A DNA stretch of 64,000 nucleotides from Kiritimatiellia bacterium (lineage in GTDB: Bacteria > Verrucomicrobiota > Kiritimatiellia > RFP12 > UBA1067). Of this stretch, positions 26,605-34,316 are shown piece after piece (position 1 is the stretch's first letter; each line of letters starts with the position of its first letter). The notes under the pieces were generated by a model. That model had not been told where the DNA came from, did not search any database, and was given only the letters and a program-made list of their open reading frames with translations. Position numbers and translations under genes: made by a program. The stretch covers positions 14,738-78,737 of the forward strand of contig JAEEOY010000274.1 of the NCBI GenBank assembly GCA_016284515.1, given 5' to 3'.

Positions 26605-26661
26605 GGACCGACTACCTTTCTGGGCTTTCGCCCATAAGCTGAATCAGCATTGTAGTCGGTC
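26605..26661 (-). ncRNA. Compact three-helix structured element in the leader of the RHH gene; candidate cis-regulatory RNA.
   Basis: The minus strand reads GGACCGACUAC-aau-[GCUGA u UCAGC]-uuau-[GGGC GAAA GCCC]-agaaag-GUAGUCGGUCC. This gives an 11-bp closing helix around two hairpins, one with a GNRA loop. Confidence 0.3.
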
Positions 26662-26983
26662 CCATCGGGGTCGCGTCGCACCCGCGCCGCATCGCCCTCA
26701 AGTCCATCCACCCACCGGGGTGTTACGGTTGGAATGTTACCAAAGATTTTCGCCGCGCACAAGGGGTCAAACTAACTTTTTTTAATTTTTTTGGATTTTC
26801 TTTTCTGTGCGTACCCACAGACGAAAAATCGGGTGTTCCGCCCGGCGGCGTAAATCCTGCCGAGGCAAAAATCACCCCCGCGATGGCGTGAGCGAGCGCG
26901 GCGATACGCGCTTCGGATCTTCGCCGTCGAGCGGCTTCCGGCGAATGTGAATGTTCGTGTTTCATTACTATTGCCACGGGGAC

Positions 26984-27012
26984 AAAAAACGGATTGGGCA
27001 TAACCCAATCCG
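26984..27012 (-). terminator. Rho-independent terminator after the RHH regulator gene.
   Basis: The minus strand reads GGATTGGGttatgCCCAATCCgttttttg: a perfect 8-bp stem with a U-tract. Preceded by three ~12-bp direct repeats AATCCG(C/T)TTTCA. Confidence 0.5.
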
Positions 27013-27037
27013 CTTTCAATCCGTTTTGAATCCGCTT

Positions 27038-27244
27038 TCATTTTCGCCGTTCGTCCAGCAGCGCGGCGATTATGTCGGCGGGCATCTGTCCGCTCTCCTT
27101 CGCCAGTCGCCGCAACTTGTCGGCATCGGCGGGAAAAACGCGAATGCACGCGGTCGCGCGCTCCGTCCTGTCCCCCCAACGTGAAGCGGCTCCGCTTTTC
27201 CCGGCTTCCGACCTAATTCTCGACAATCTGCTTTTTCTCGGCAT
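27038..27244 (-). CDS. Ribbon-helix-helix (CopG/Arc-like) transcriptional regulator.
   Basis: ACIRVFPADADKLRRLAKESGQMPADIIAALLDE has the RHH beta-alpha-alpha pattern. Last gene of the first early transcription unit. Confidence 0.5.
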   Translation of the reverse strand: MPRKSRLSRIRSEAGKSGAASRWGDRTERATACIRVFPADADKLRRLAKESGQMPADIIAALLDERRK

Positions 27245-27275
27245 ATCTTTACCTCCGCGAACAGTCTATCATATA

Positions 27276-27476
27276 TCAGTCATTCGCGCAACTGGCAACC
27301 CCCTTGCCCCTCTTCTTGAACTCCGCAACTATCGCGTCAACCGTCCAGCCTTCGAGCCGCCAGATGGCGGCTTCGAAGTATTCGTCAGTGGTCATATCGC
27401 GTCCGAGCGCGTCTATAATCTGTTGGCAATCGGTTATCATTTTAGGCCTCCTCCGTGAAAACCCCGTGAATTCCAA
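27276..27476 (-). CDS. Phage small hypothetical protein.
   Basis: The likely true start is the internal M (MITDCQQIIDALGRDM...), giving 54 aa. Confidence 0.35.
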   Translation of the reverse strand: MEFTGFSRRRPKMITDCQQIIDALGRDMTTDEYFEAAIWRLEGWTVDAIVAEFKKRGKGVASCAND

Positions 27477-27945
27477 AGCATAGCGCGCTCATGCTTCCCT
27501 CTATCGCAAGTGTCAGCCCGACGGCCTCGGCGGAGGAAAGAGTAAAGCATACACACCGCTCCTCCATGTCAGCAATTCGCCGCTCGCATACTTCAATCGC
27601 ATAGCTGCTTACTGGCTCTATAATATGCCGGAGGTTGATTCGTATGTTCGCATCGGTCGTCCTGTGGAACAGTCCGCGCCCGTCCGCGATGCTCTCCGCC
27701 TCGCCACGGAACACGCGCAAGAACTCACACACGTCAGTGAAATAAAGGTTGAATTCTATCTTGCGCGCCCAGTCAAAGCGCGGGCAGTCGCTGTCATCCT
27801 GCGGCGTGAGGCCCACGACGAGCCGTCCGTCGCGGGATGGCGTCGCGGGTTTAAGGGCTACGGTCAGTGCCGAGCCCGTGCGTTTTCCGTTCGCGTGGTA
27901 GAACGCCAGGGTCGGGCGGGGTGTCTGTATCGTGTGCGTGTTCAT
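27442..27945 (-). CDS. Phage hypothetical protein of 167 aa, first gene of the early unit.
   Basis: Preceded by SD AAAGGA and an extended -10 promoter about 50 nt upstream. Confidence 0.45.
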   Translation of the reverse strand: MNTHTIQTPRPTLAFYHANGKRTGSALTVALKPATPSRDGRLVVGLTPQDDSDCPRFDWARKIEFNLYFTDVCEFLRVFRGEAESIADGRGLFHRTTDANIRINLRHIIEPVSSYAIEVCERRIADMEERCVCFTLSSAEAVGLTLAIEGSMSALCFGIHGVFTEEA

Positions 27946-28001
27946 GTTCGTCTGTCCTTTGGTGTTTTTCGTGCGGGCCCCATGCCCTCACGTCACCGCG
28001 G

Positions 28002-28010
28002 ATTATAGCA
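28002..28010 (-). promoter_or_regulatory. Early promoter: extended -10 TGcTATAAT.
   Basis: The minus strand reads agtatttGcTATAATccgcgg. A ~50-nt leader contains the SD for the 27945 gene. Confidence 0.4.
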
Positions 28011-28120
28011 AATACTTTGCCTTTCGCGCAAGTGGCAAAATGAAATATGTTGAATTTTTTTCACGCGGCCAGAAATGCGTCCCGATACTGTAGAATAAGG
28101 GCGAAGTCCACTTCGGGGAT

Positions 28121-28395
28121 GTCAAAAAACGCGCTCCGAACGGAAATGCAACGACAGCAACGACAAGGGCTATTCCTGCGCTCGATTTCGGGATAATATT
28201 AAGTATTGCGAAGACCCCTAAACTCCCCGTCACGGGCAAATTCGTAAAATGCCACGATTCGCACGACAAGGGGCCTTCCTGCGCTCGATTTCAAGTCCAT
28301 ATAAAGTATTGGGAAGACCCAAGAAAACCCCGTCAGCGCGAAATTCGGGTTTTTAGACATGTATAATTACACGTCGTGTAAGTTTACCTTCGCCT
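28121..28395. repeat. Repeat element B, another copy of the A/B/C element family.
   Basis: Two units: caacgacaagggctattcctgcgctcgatttcggg and gcacgacaaggggccttcctgcgctcgatttcaagtcc. It ends with the operator-like catgtataATTACAcgtcgTGTAAg. Confidence 0.6.
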
Positions 28396-28696
28396 ATCGG
28401 AAAGCCGCGGCTATCGGAACGAGACGGCTAACATAGATAGTCTTAGACTAACATTGTTAGTTGTCACTATCGGAACACTGCGGCTAACATTGTTACCATA
28501 GCCTATCGGAACACCACGGCTAACATAGTTAGCCAGAAGCAGCAAGGATACCTTCGGCAAACAACGATAGACAAATCTCACATTGATACCTTCGGCAAAC
28601 AAGGATGGCGGCGGCTATCGTAGTTAGATGCTACTATCGGAACGAGACGGCTAACAGTGTTAGCCCAAACAATCGGAAAGCCGCGGCAAACTTTCC
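28393..28696. repeat. Iteron/palindrome array downstream of int. Four copies of CTATCGGAAC-N5-GGCTAACA carry the palindrome GGCTAACAnnTGTTAGCC. The array is bracketed by the 15-bp direct repeat ATCGGAAAGCCGCGG. It could be attP arm sites, an operator array or a centromere.
   Basis: Copies at 28410, 28467, 28503 and 28634. Also actaacattgttagt (a perfect palindrome) and gataccttcggcaaacaa x2. Confidence 0.55.
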
Positions 28697-28748
28697 GACG
28701 GGGAAAAAATCAGAACCGCATCATCTGACGCGATCCTGATTTCTTCCG

Positions 28749-30239
28749 TCAGTCGGCCAGCGCCCGGACGCGCTCAAGCGCTTTCGCTATCTCCGCCTTG
28801 TCGCCGTTCGCCTTGATTGCGGCGAGAGCTGCGTCGAGCGCGGCGAGGCGGTCGGCGCTGTCCTCCACCACCACGGCTTCGGCGTCTATCGTCTCGCCCT
28901 GCCCGATTGCGGGAACCGCCGCAGTCGGGAACGCCCGGAATGCGCGTAGGGTAGCATCGTCGTTTTCATGGAAGTAGTGTGCGCTCTGCTTCGCCGTCGA
29001 GTGTCCGACAATGCCCTGCACAATTGCAAACGGAATACCTGCGTTCGCCGCCTTGCTTACAAACGTGTGGCGGAACGAGTGCGCTCCGAGAACAGAGTGG
29101 CGGCGGTTCCCTACGTCGGTTTTCTTGCATGTTTCAAGTCCGCACTTCTTGAAAAAATCAACCACTTTTTTGGACAGCGAGGGCTGCTTTTCAATGTATT
29201 TCTTCGCAATATCCGGCATTACATATCCAGTCCGCGCGGCGGGGGGATATGCTTCGAGCATAGCACGAAGCGGGGGGAGAATTGGAATGCGCACGCGCGT
29301 CTTGAAACGCTTGGTCTTTATTGGCATTATGTCTATGAACCCGCGCGCAAGGTCTATCGACCGCCATTCAAGGGTAGCCGCGTCTCCGAGACGCGCACCC
29401 GTGTAGAGCATAATCGTGAACAGTCCTTCGAGTGGGGGTATTTCGCGCCGCGCCGCCTCGAAAATAATCTTCAGTTCCTCGTCGGATAGGTCGCGCCGCT
29501 CCGAATCGGGCGTGTCGAGCCGGGGCAGATTGTCGCGCGTCCACGGGTTAACTGTAGCGCGAATCTCGTCAGCGAGACGAGTCCAAATCTGCTGATAGGA
29601 GGCAATCTGAATATTGTACGTCGCCGGGCAAAACTCTTCACGAATTACAGCCGCGAACTCCAACGCAATCTTGGGCGTAATGTTACGTATTTCAACGACT
29701 TCGGGATGATTGGACCTGAGCCAATCCACCAAACGAATCCAGCGCTTTTCGAGGTGGTAGAGTGTGGTCGCCGTCACGCGCTTGCGCTTCGGCGTCTTGA
29801 CATACGCCTCCCATCCCTCATCAATCGTGAGGCACTTTTCCTGCGATTCCTGTTGAGCTTTTATCTCGTCGTCAATGCGCTTTTTGACGCCCTCCAGACT
29901 TGAGACGTGCTCGTTGCAACTTTTCACCAAATCGACAACCTGTTGCATCTGTTTTTTGGATGTCCCGACTGTGACGTCGGCAGCAGTAACCTTAATCTGC
30001 ATAGCCGAATCCAGCATCCTTTTTTCTGACTCAAAAAGTTTGTCGCTTAACGCTTGCGCTTTGTCCAACTTGGCTTTCAGCCGCTCCGCCTTAAGCATAC
30101 TTTCGAGCCATTGTTCAGCTTTCACCCTGTCGGTTTCGCCCGTCGATTTGCTGAACCGCTTTCCGTTTACCATCCATTGCGCAAGCCATATATTCCCGCG
30201 CAAGGTCAACGTACCGTTGTGATGCCCTCGTCTTTTCAT
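28749..30239 (-). CDS. int: Tyrosine recombinase (phage integrase).
   Basis: C-terminal catalytic motifs ...LGAHSFRHTFVS... (HxxR) and ...HSTAKQSAHYFHE (Tyr). 496 aa with a coiled-coil insertion. SD GGAGG upstream. Confidence 0.8.
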   Translation of the reverse strand: MKRRGHHNGTLTLRGNIWLAQWMVNGKRFSKSTGETDRVKAEQWLESMLKAERLKAKLDKAQALSDKLFESEKRMLDSAMQIKVTAADVTVGTSKKQMQQVVDLVKSCNEHVSSLEGVKKRIDDEIKAQQESQEKCLTIDEGWEAYVKTPKRKRVTATTLYHLEKRWIRLVDWLRSNHPEVVEIRNITPKIALEFAAVIREEFCPATYNIQIASYQQIWTRLADEIRATVNPWTRDNLPRLDTPDSERRDLSDEELKIIFEAARREIPPLEGLFTIMLYTGARLGDAATLEWRSIDLARGFIDIMPIKTKRFKTRVRIPILPPLRAMLEAYPPAARTGYVMPDIAKKYIEKQPSLSKKVVDFFKKCGLETCKKTDVGNRRHSVLGAHSFRHTFVSKAANAGIPFAIVQGIVGHSTAKQSAHYFHENDDATLRAFRAFPTAAVPAIGQGETIDAEAVVVEDSADRLAALDAALAAIKANGDKAEIAKALERVRALAD

Positions 30240-30434
30240 CTTAACCTCCGTTCACGTTTTGGGCTTCTCGCCGCTTCTCGCCGCTTCTCGCCCGTTCGCG
30301 AGAGATTATACCAATAATTGCAACCATTTTGCAACCGTCTTTTTCGGGGAAAAATTAGGGCGGCAATCACGCCACCCTTGATTTTATTGATTAATTTCAA
30401 CTTTTGAGCAGTTGGAATTTTCGGTATTTCTTAT

Positions 30435-32411
30435 TTATACCATAATCAATACGGTCGCGGTGCGGGCTGGCAGATAAAGGCGTATCTGCTGGACGAGCTC
30501 GTCGCGCCACGGGACAAGCCCCGGGCCGTACTTCGCGCCGCGCGCGATCCGCCCCTGCCCGCCGAAGCGCACCTCGTCCGTGTCGAAGAGATGTTTCCAC
30601 TCCGTGGCCGGCGGAACGAGTATGCCGTATCCCTCGAAGGACTTCGTGGGATTGAAGTTGAACGCAAAGAGGTACTTCCCGCGCTTGAAGGCGAGCACCT
30701 TGTCCGGATCGTTCGCGACAAGCTCAACGGCCGCCCCGTCGACGTCGCGAATGCACTTGAGCATCTCCTCGTCGAAGTCTGCGAGCGGCTTGAAGCGGAG
30801 CTCCGGGTCGTCCCTCAGCGACCACTGGCGGCGGGCATGGTGGTAGCTCCAGCCATTGTCCTCGCGCGGGAAGTCAATCCATTCCGGATGACCGAACTCG
30901 TTGCCCATGAAGTTGAGGTACGCGCCACCGTTGAGCGCCGCCGTCGCGAGGCGCGCCATCTTGTGGAGCGCTATCGCGCGCTCTACCTCAAGTCCATGCT
31001 GGTCCTTGCCCATCCCCCAGTAGATCGCCGCGTCCGCGAGCTGGAAGAAGAACGTCTTCCCCCCTACGAGCGCCTGGTCGTGCGACTCGACGTAGGACAC
31101 GACCTTCTCTTCCGGACGCTTGTTGGTCAGCTCGAAGAAGATGCCGCCCATCGGCCAGTCGTCGTCGCGCACCTTCTCCGCGAGGCGGAACCAGAAGTCT
31201 GGCTCGCCCATCGCCATGCGGAAGTCAAAGCCTATGCCGAAGTCCTCCGCCGGCGCTGCGACGCCCGGCATCCCCGAGACGTCCTCCGCGATCGTGATCG
31301 CGCCCGGATGCGACTCGTGGATGACGCGGTTCGCCATCTGAAGGTACGCCCACGCGTCGTCGTCGACAGAACCGTTGAAGTACATTCCGTAGTTCGTGAA
31401 CGCGTCGCCAAGCCCGTGGTTCCAGAAAAGCATCGACGTCACGCCGTCGAAGCGATAACCGTCGAAATGGTACTCGTCAAGCCAGAAGCGGCAGTTCGAA
31501 AGAAGGAAGTGTATGACGTCCGTCTTGCCGTAGTCGAAGCAGCGGCTTCCCCACGCGACGTGCCAGCCCTTGTCGCCGTGGTGGAAGTACTGGTAGTCCG
31601 TGCCGTCGAACATCGACAGTCCGTCGCGCTCGTTCTGCACCGCGTGCGAGTGGACGAGATCCATGATGACCCTGAGCCCCATTCCGTGCGCCGTGTCGAC
31701 GAGCGACTTGAGGTCGTCCGGAGTGCCGAAGCGCGAGGACGCGGCGTAGAAGCTGGAGACGTGGTAGCCGAAGGAGCCATAGTACGGATGCTCCATGATC
31801 GCCATGAGCTGCACGGTGTCGTACCCCGCCTTCTTCACGCGCGGCAGCACCTCGTCCCGGAACTCGGCGTAAGTGTGGACGCGCTCCTCCTCGCCACCCA
31901 TGCCGACGTGCGCCTCGTAGATGCACGGATGCTTCGCGCAATTCGGCGTCTTGTGCCTCCACTTGTACTTCGACTCGTAGACCTGCGCGCAGAAGAGCTT
32001 GGTGTCAGGATCCTGCACGACGTACCGCGCATAGGCGGGAATGCGTTCGCCGCGTCCGCCCTCCCAGCGCATCTCGAGCCTGTAGTTGTCGCCGGCCTTG
32101 ATCGCCTTCGCGGGAAGCTTCAGCTCCCAGACGTCCGTACCCGGAATCCGCATGCACTCGTACGCACGGTCGGTGCGCCACTTCGAGAAATCGCCAACGA
32201 GCCACATCGACGTCGCGTTCGGCGCCCATTCGCGGAAGACCCACCCGCGGCGAGTCCTGTGCAGACCGTAGTATTCGTGCGCCGACGCCCAGTCGGCAAG
32301 CGAGGTCTTCCCTCCCGTAAGCTGGTTCGCGCGGGCGAAGGCGTTCATCGCCCTTCCGCGTATCGCAGTCTCGAAAGGCTTAAGGTAATCGTCATCAAGC
32401 AGCTTGGCCAT
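30435..32411 (-). CDS. glgB: 1,4-alpha-glucan branching enzyme (GH13).
   Basis: MAKLLDDDYLKPFE...WLVGDFSKW...HVSSFYAASSRFGTPDDLKSLVDTAHGMGLRVIMDLVHSH... are GH13 branching-enzyme hallmarks. Start placed at ATG 32411 with SD AAGGGAG. The ORF track used an upstream TTG. Confidence 0.8.
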   Translation of the reverse strand: MAKLLDDDYLKPFETAIRGRAMNAFARANQLTGGKTSLADWASAHEYYGLHRTRRGWVFREWAPNATSMWLVGDFSKWRTDRAYECMRIPGTDVWELKLPAKAIKAGDNYRLEMRWEGGRGERIPAYARYVVQDPDTKLFCAQVYESKYKWRHKTPNCAKHPCIYEAHVGMGGEEERVHTYAEFRDEVLPRVKKAGYDTVQLMAIMEHPYYGSFGYHVSSFYAASSRFGTPDDLKSLVDTAHGMGLRVIMDLVHSHAVQNERDGLSMFDGTDYQYFHHGDKGWHVAWGSRCFDYGKTDVIHFLLSNCRFWLDEYHFDGYRFDGVTSMLFWNHGLGDAFTNYGMYFNGSVDDDAWAYLQMANRVIHESHPGAITIAEDVSGMPGVAAPAEDFGIGFDFRMAMGEPDFWFRLAEKVRDDDWPMGGIFFELTNKRPEEKVVSYVESHDQALVGGKTFFFQLADAAIYWGMGKDQHGLEVERAIALHKMARLATAALNGGAYLNFMGNEFGHPEWIDFPREDNGWSYHHARRQWSLRDDPELRFKPLADFDEEMLKCIRDVDGAAVELVANDPDKVLAFKRGKYLFAFNFNPTKSFEGYGILVPPATEWKHLFDTDEVRFGGQGRIARGAKYGPGLVPWRDELVQQIRLYLPARTATVLIMV

Positions 32412-32433
32412 AATATTAACTCCCTTTTTCAAT

Positions 32434-32442
32434 ATTATACCA
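32434..32442 (-). promoter_or_regulatory. glgB promoter: extended -10 TGGTATAAT.
   Basis: The minus strand reads tttaTGGTATAATattgaaaaagggagttaatattATG. Confidence 0.4.
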
Positions 32443-32472
32443 TAAAGTCACGTCCCGCGGTTGAATGCACAA

Positions 32473-33186
32473 CTACGGCTGGCAGACGTGCGCTTCGCCG
32501 GCGTAGATGCGCTCGCCGGCGACAAGAAGCGAGCCGTCCTCGGCTATGCCTCCGCAAATGCCACGCGCGGGCGCGTCGTCTACATCCGTGCGCAGCACCG
32601 CGATCTCGCGTCCGGCTAGGCAGTCGCGCGCGGCAAGGCGCGGCAGATGTGCCGCGAGCCCGCGCTCGCGCCACGCCGGAAGATTCGCCGCAAGCCGCTC
32701 CAGAACAGCGTCGCGCACCTCGTCAACCGCGGGGACAGTCCCCACCGGAAGCAGCAAAGAGAGGGATGTCGCGCGGTCCGCGATGTCGGACGGGAACTCG
32801 CGTTCACCCACGTTCACGCCGACTCCCGCGATTACCGAGTCGCCGAAACGTTCGCACAAAATCCCCGCTAGCTTGCGTCCGCCGACAAGAACGTCGTTGG
32901 GCCACTTGAGCTGCGGATGCAATGATCGACCAACGCTCTCGAGCGCCTCGCAGACGGAGAGTCCCACGACAAGCGGAAACGTCGCGACGCGATCAGGCTC
33001 GAGTCCCGACACATCGACTACGGCGGACATCATGAGGTTCTTGCCCGCACAAGACTTCCAGACATGGTCGAGGCGTCCGCGCCCCGCGGTCTGGAAATCA
33101 GCAGTGAAGACGTCGCCGGGCATTCCATGATGCGCGTCAGCGTTCGTGGACGCGGTGACGGACTCGTGGATTATCCGCCACTTCAT
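32473..33186 (-). CDS. birA: Biotin--[acetyl-CoA-carboxylase] ligase, group I (no HTH).
   Basis: QTAGRGRLDHVW is the BPL GRGRxGR signature, followed by KWPNDVLVGGRKLAGIL. The start at MKWRII (ATG 33186) overlaps the DegT stop in an ATGA arrangement. The ORF-track N-terminal extension is judged spurious. Confidence 0.7.
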   Translation of the reverse strand: MKWRIIHESVTASTNADAHHGMPGDVFTADFQTAGRGRLDHVWKSCAGKNLMMSAVVDVSGLEPDRVATFPLVVGLSVCEALESVGRSLHPQLKWPNDVLVGGRKLAGILCERFGDSVIAGVGVNVGEREFPSDIADRATSLSLLLPVGTVPAVDEVRDAVLERLAANLPAWRERGLAAHLPRLAARDCLAGREIAVLRTDVDDAPARGICGGIAEDGSLLVAGERIYAGEAHVCQP

Positions 33187-34316
33187 CGCAGCGCCCCGGC
33201 GATGCGCCTGAAGTCGGCGGACGAGAGGTCCGTCCCGCTCGGAAGGCAAATCCCCCTCTCGAACAGCGTCTCGGCGACTTCGCCTCCGAAGACCTTGCAT
33301 CCAGCGAAGACGGGTTGGAGGTGCATGGGCTTCCACACCGGACGCGACTCGATGTCCGCCGCCGCAAGTCTGCGCGACATCGCGTCGCGCTCGCGCCGCG
33401 AGGGGAGGAGTCCGATCGTGAGCCAGTGGTTCGAGCCATCCGGCGGAACCATCACGTCGCCCGGAAAGTTCTTCGCGTACCACTCGAAGTTCGCCCTGCG
33501 CTTCGCAAGTATCGCAGGCAGCCTATCGAGCTGTGCGATGCCGAGCGCGCCGAGGATGTTGCTGAGGCGGTAGTTGTATCCGACCTCCTTATGCTCGTAC
33601 CACGCGCATTTCTCGCGCGACTGCTGCGCGCGCTTCTTAGCGCGCTCGGCGAGGCCGCGGTCGTCGGTCACTATCGCGCCGCCGCCGGAAGTCGTGACGA
33701 TCTTGTTTCCGTTGAAGGAGTAGATTCCGGCAAGGCCGGCGGAACCGGCGCTCTTCCCCTTCCACGTCGCGCCGACAGCCTCCGCAGCGTCGTCAACGAA
33801 GATGGCGCCGTATCTGCGGCAGAGCTTCGAGATCGCGCCGTAGTCGCAGCACGCGCCGTAGAGGTCCACGCCGATGACGAGAGTCTTTGACTTTGGCGAG
33901 CGGCGTTCCGCCGCATGGTAGGGCGCGATCACCGAGAGCGCCGCAGGCTTGAGCGCCTCTTCAAGGAGCGCAACGTCAATGTTTCCCGTGGCGTCGCAGT
34001 CGACGAAAACAAGCTTCGCGCCGCGGTGAAACGCAGGCCCGACAGTCGCGATGAATGTTAGCGTCGGCGCGATGACGGTCCAAGACTCGTCCACCCCGAG
34101 CTCGGACATCACAAGATCTATCGCTGCGGTTCCGCTCGAGACCGCGACGGCGTAGCGGCGCCCGGCGAGCGCCGCGAGACGCCGCTCGAACTCGTCCACC
34201 TGCGGACCGCACGGCGCGACGTATCCGGAATCGAACGCGCGCTTCACAGCGGCTCGCTCCTTCGCGCCGACGGACGGCGGAGAAAGGAATATCCTACTCG
34301 TCTTTGTATTCGACAT
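33183..34316 (-). CDS. PLP-dependent sugar aminotransferase of the DegT/DnrJ/EryC1/StrS family.
   Basis: The family fold shows throughout, including the SFNGNKIVTTSGGG PLP-lysine motif. Confidence 0.75.
   Translation of the reverse strand: MSNTKTSRIFLSPPSVGAKERAAVKRAFDSGYVAPCGPQVDEFERRLAALAGRRYAVAVSSGTAAIDLVMSELGVDESWTVIAPTLTFIATVGPAFHRGAKLVFVDCDATGNIDVALLEEALKPAALSVIAPYHAAERRSPKSKTLVIGVDLYGACCDYGAISKLCRRYGAIFVDDAAEAVGATWKGKSAGSAGLAGIYSFNGNKIVTTSGGGAIVTDDRGLAERAKKRAQQSREKCAWYEHKEVGYNYRLSNILGALGIAQLDRLPAILAKRRANFEWYAKNFPGDVMVPPDGSNHWLTIGLLPSRRERDAMSRRLAAADIESRPVWKPMHLQPVFAGCKVFGGEVAETLFERGICLPSGTDLSSADFRRIAGALR

Larger units (their letters stand above)
2692..30434 (-). mobile_element. Integrated temperate prophage of about 27.7 kb, with the integrase at the right end. 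Boundaries are approximate.
   Basis: Contiguous minus-strand block containing tyrosine integrase, SSB, Xis-like HTH, RHH proteins, replication protein, ParB-like proteins, large terminase, portal, ClpP-type prohead protease, capsid and fibre genes, flanked by host genes. Two candidate flanking direct repeats are present. TTATACCATAA sits at 2681-2691 and 30435-30445; the right copy overlaps the glgB stop codon. TTTTGCAACC sits at 2791-2800 and 30327-30336. Confidence 0.6.

Noticed and set aside
26723-27179. 98-aa and 135-aa overlapping minus-strand ORFs
   Set aside because: Basic low-complexity sequences overlapping a terminator and the RHH gene. The region is better explained as noncoding leader and terminator.
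28003-28269. 88-aa minus-strand ORF
   Set aside because: Lies across the early promoter and repeat element B. Hydrophobic junk translation.
28400-28700. Possible CRISPR array
   Set aside because: Repeats are irregularly spaced (57, 36 and 131 bp) and palindromic, with no cas genes. Interpreted as protein-binding iterons.
30591-32909. 772-aa plus-strand ORF
   Set aside because: Antisense to glgB, which has clear GH13 motifs. Extremely Arg/Pro/Ala-rich with no RBS. Typical high-GC shadow ORF.
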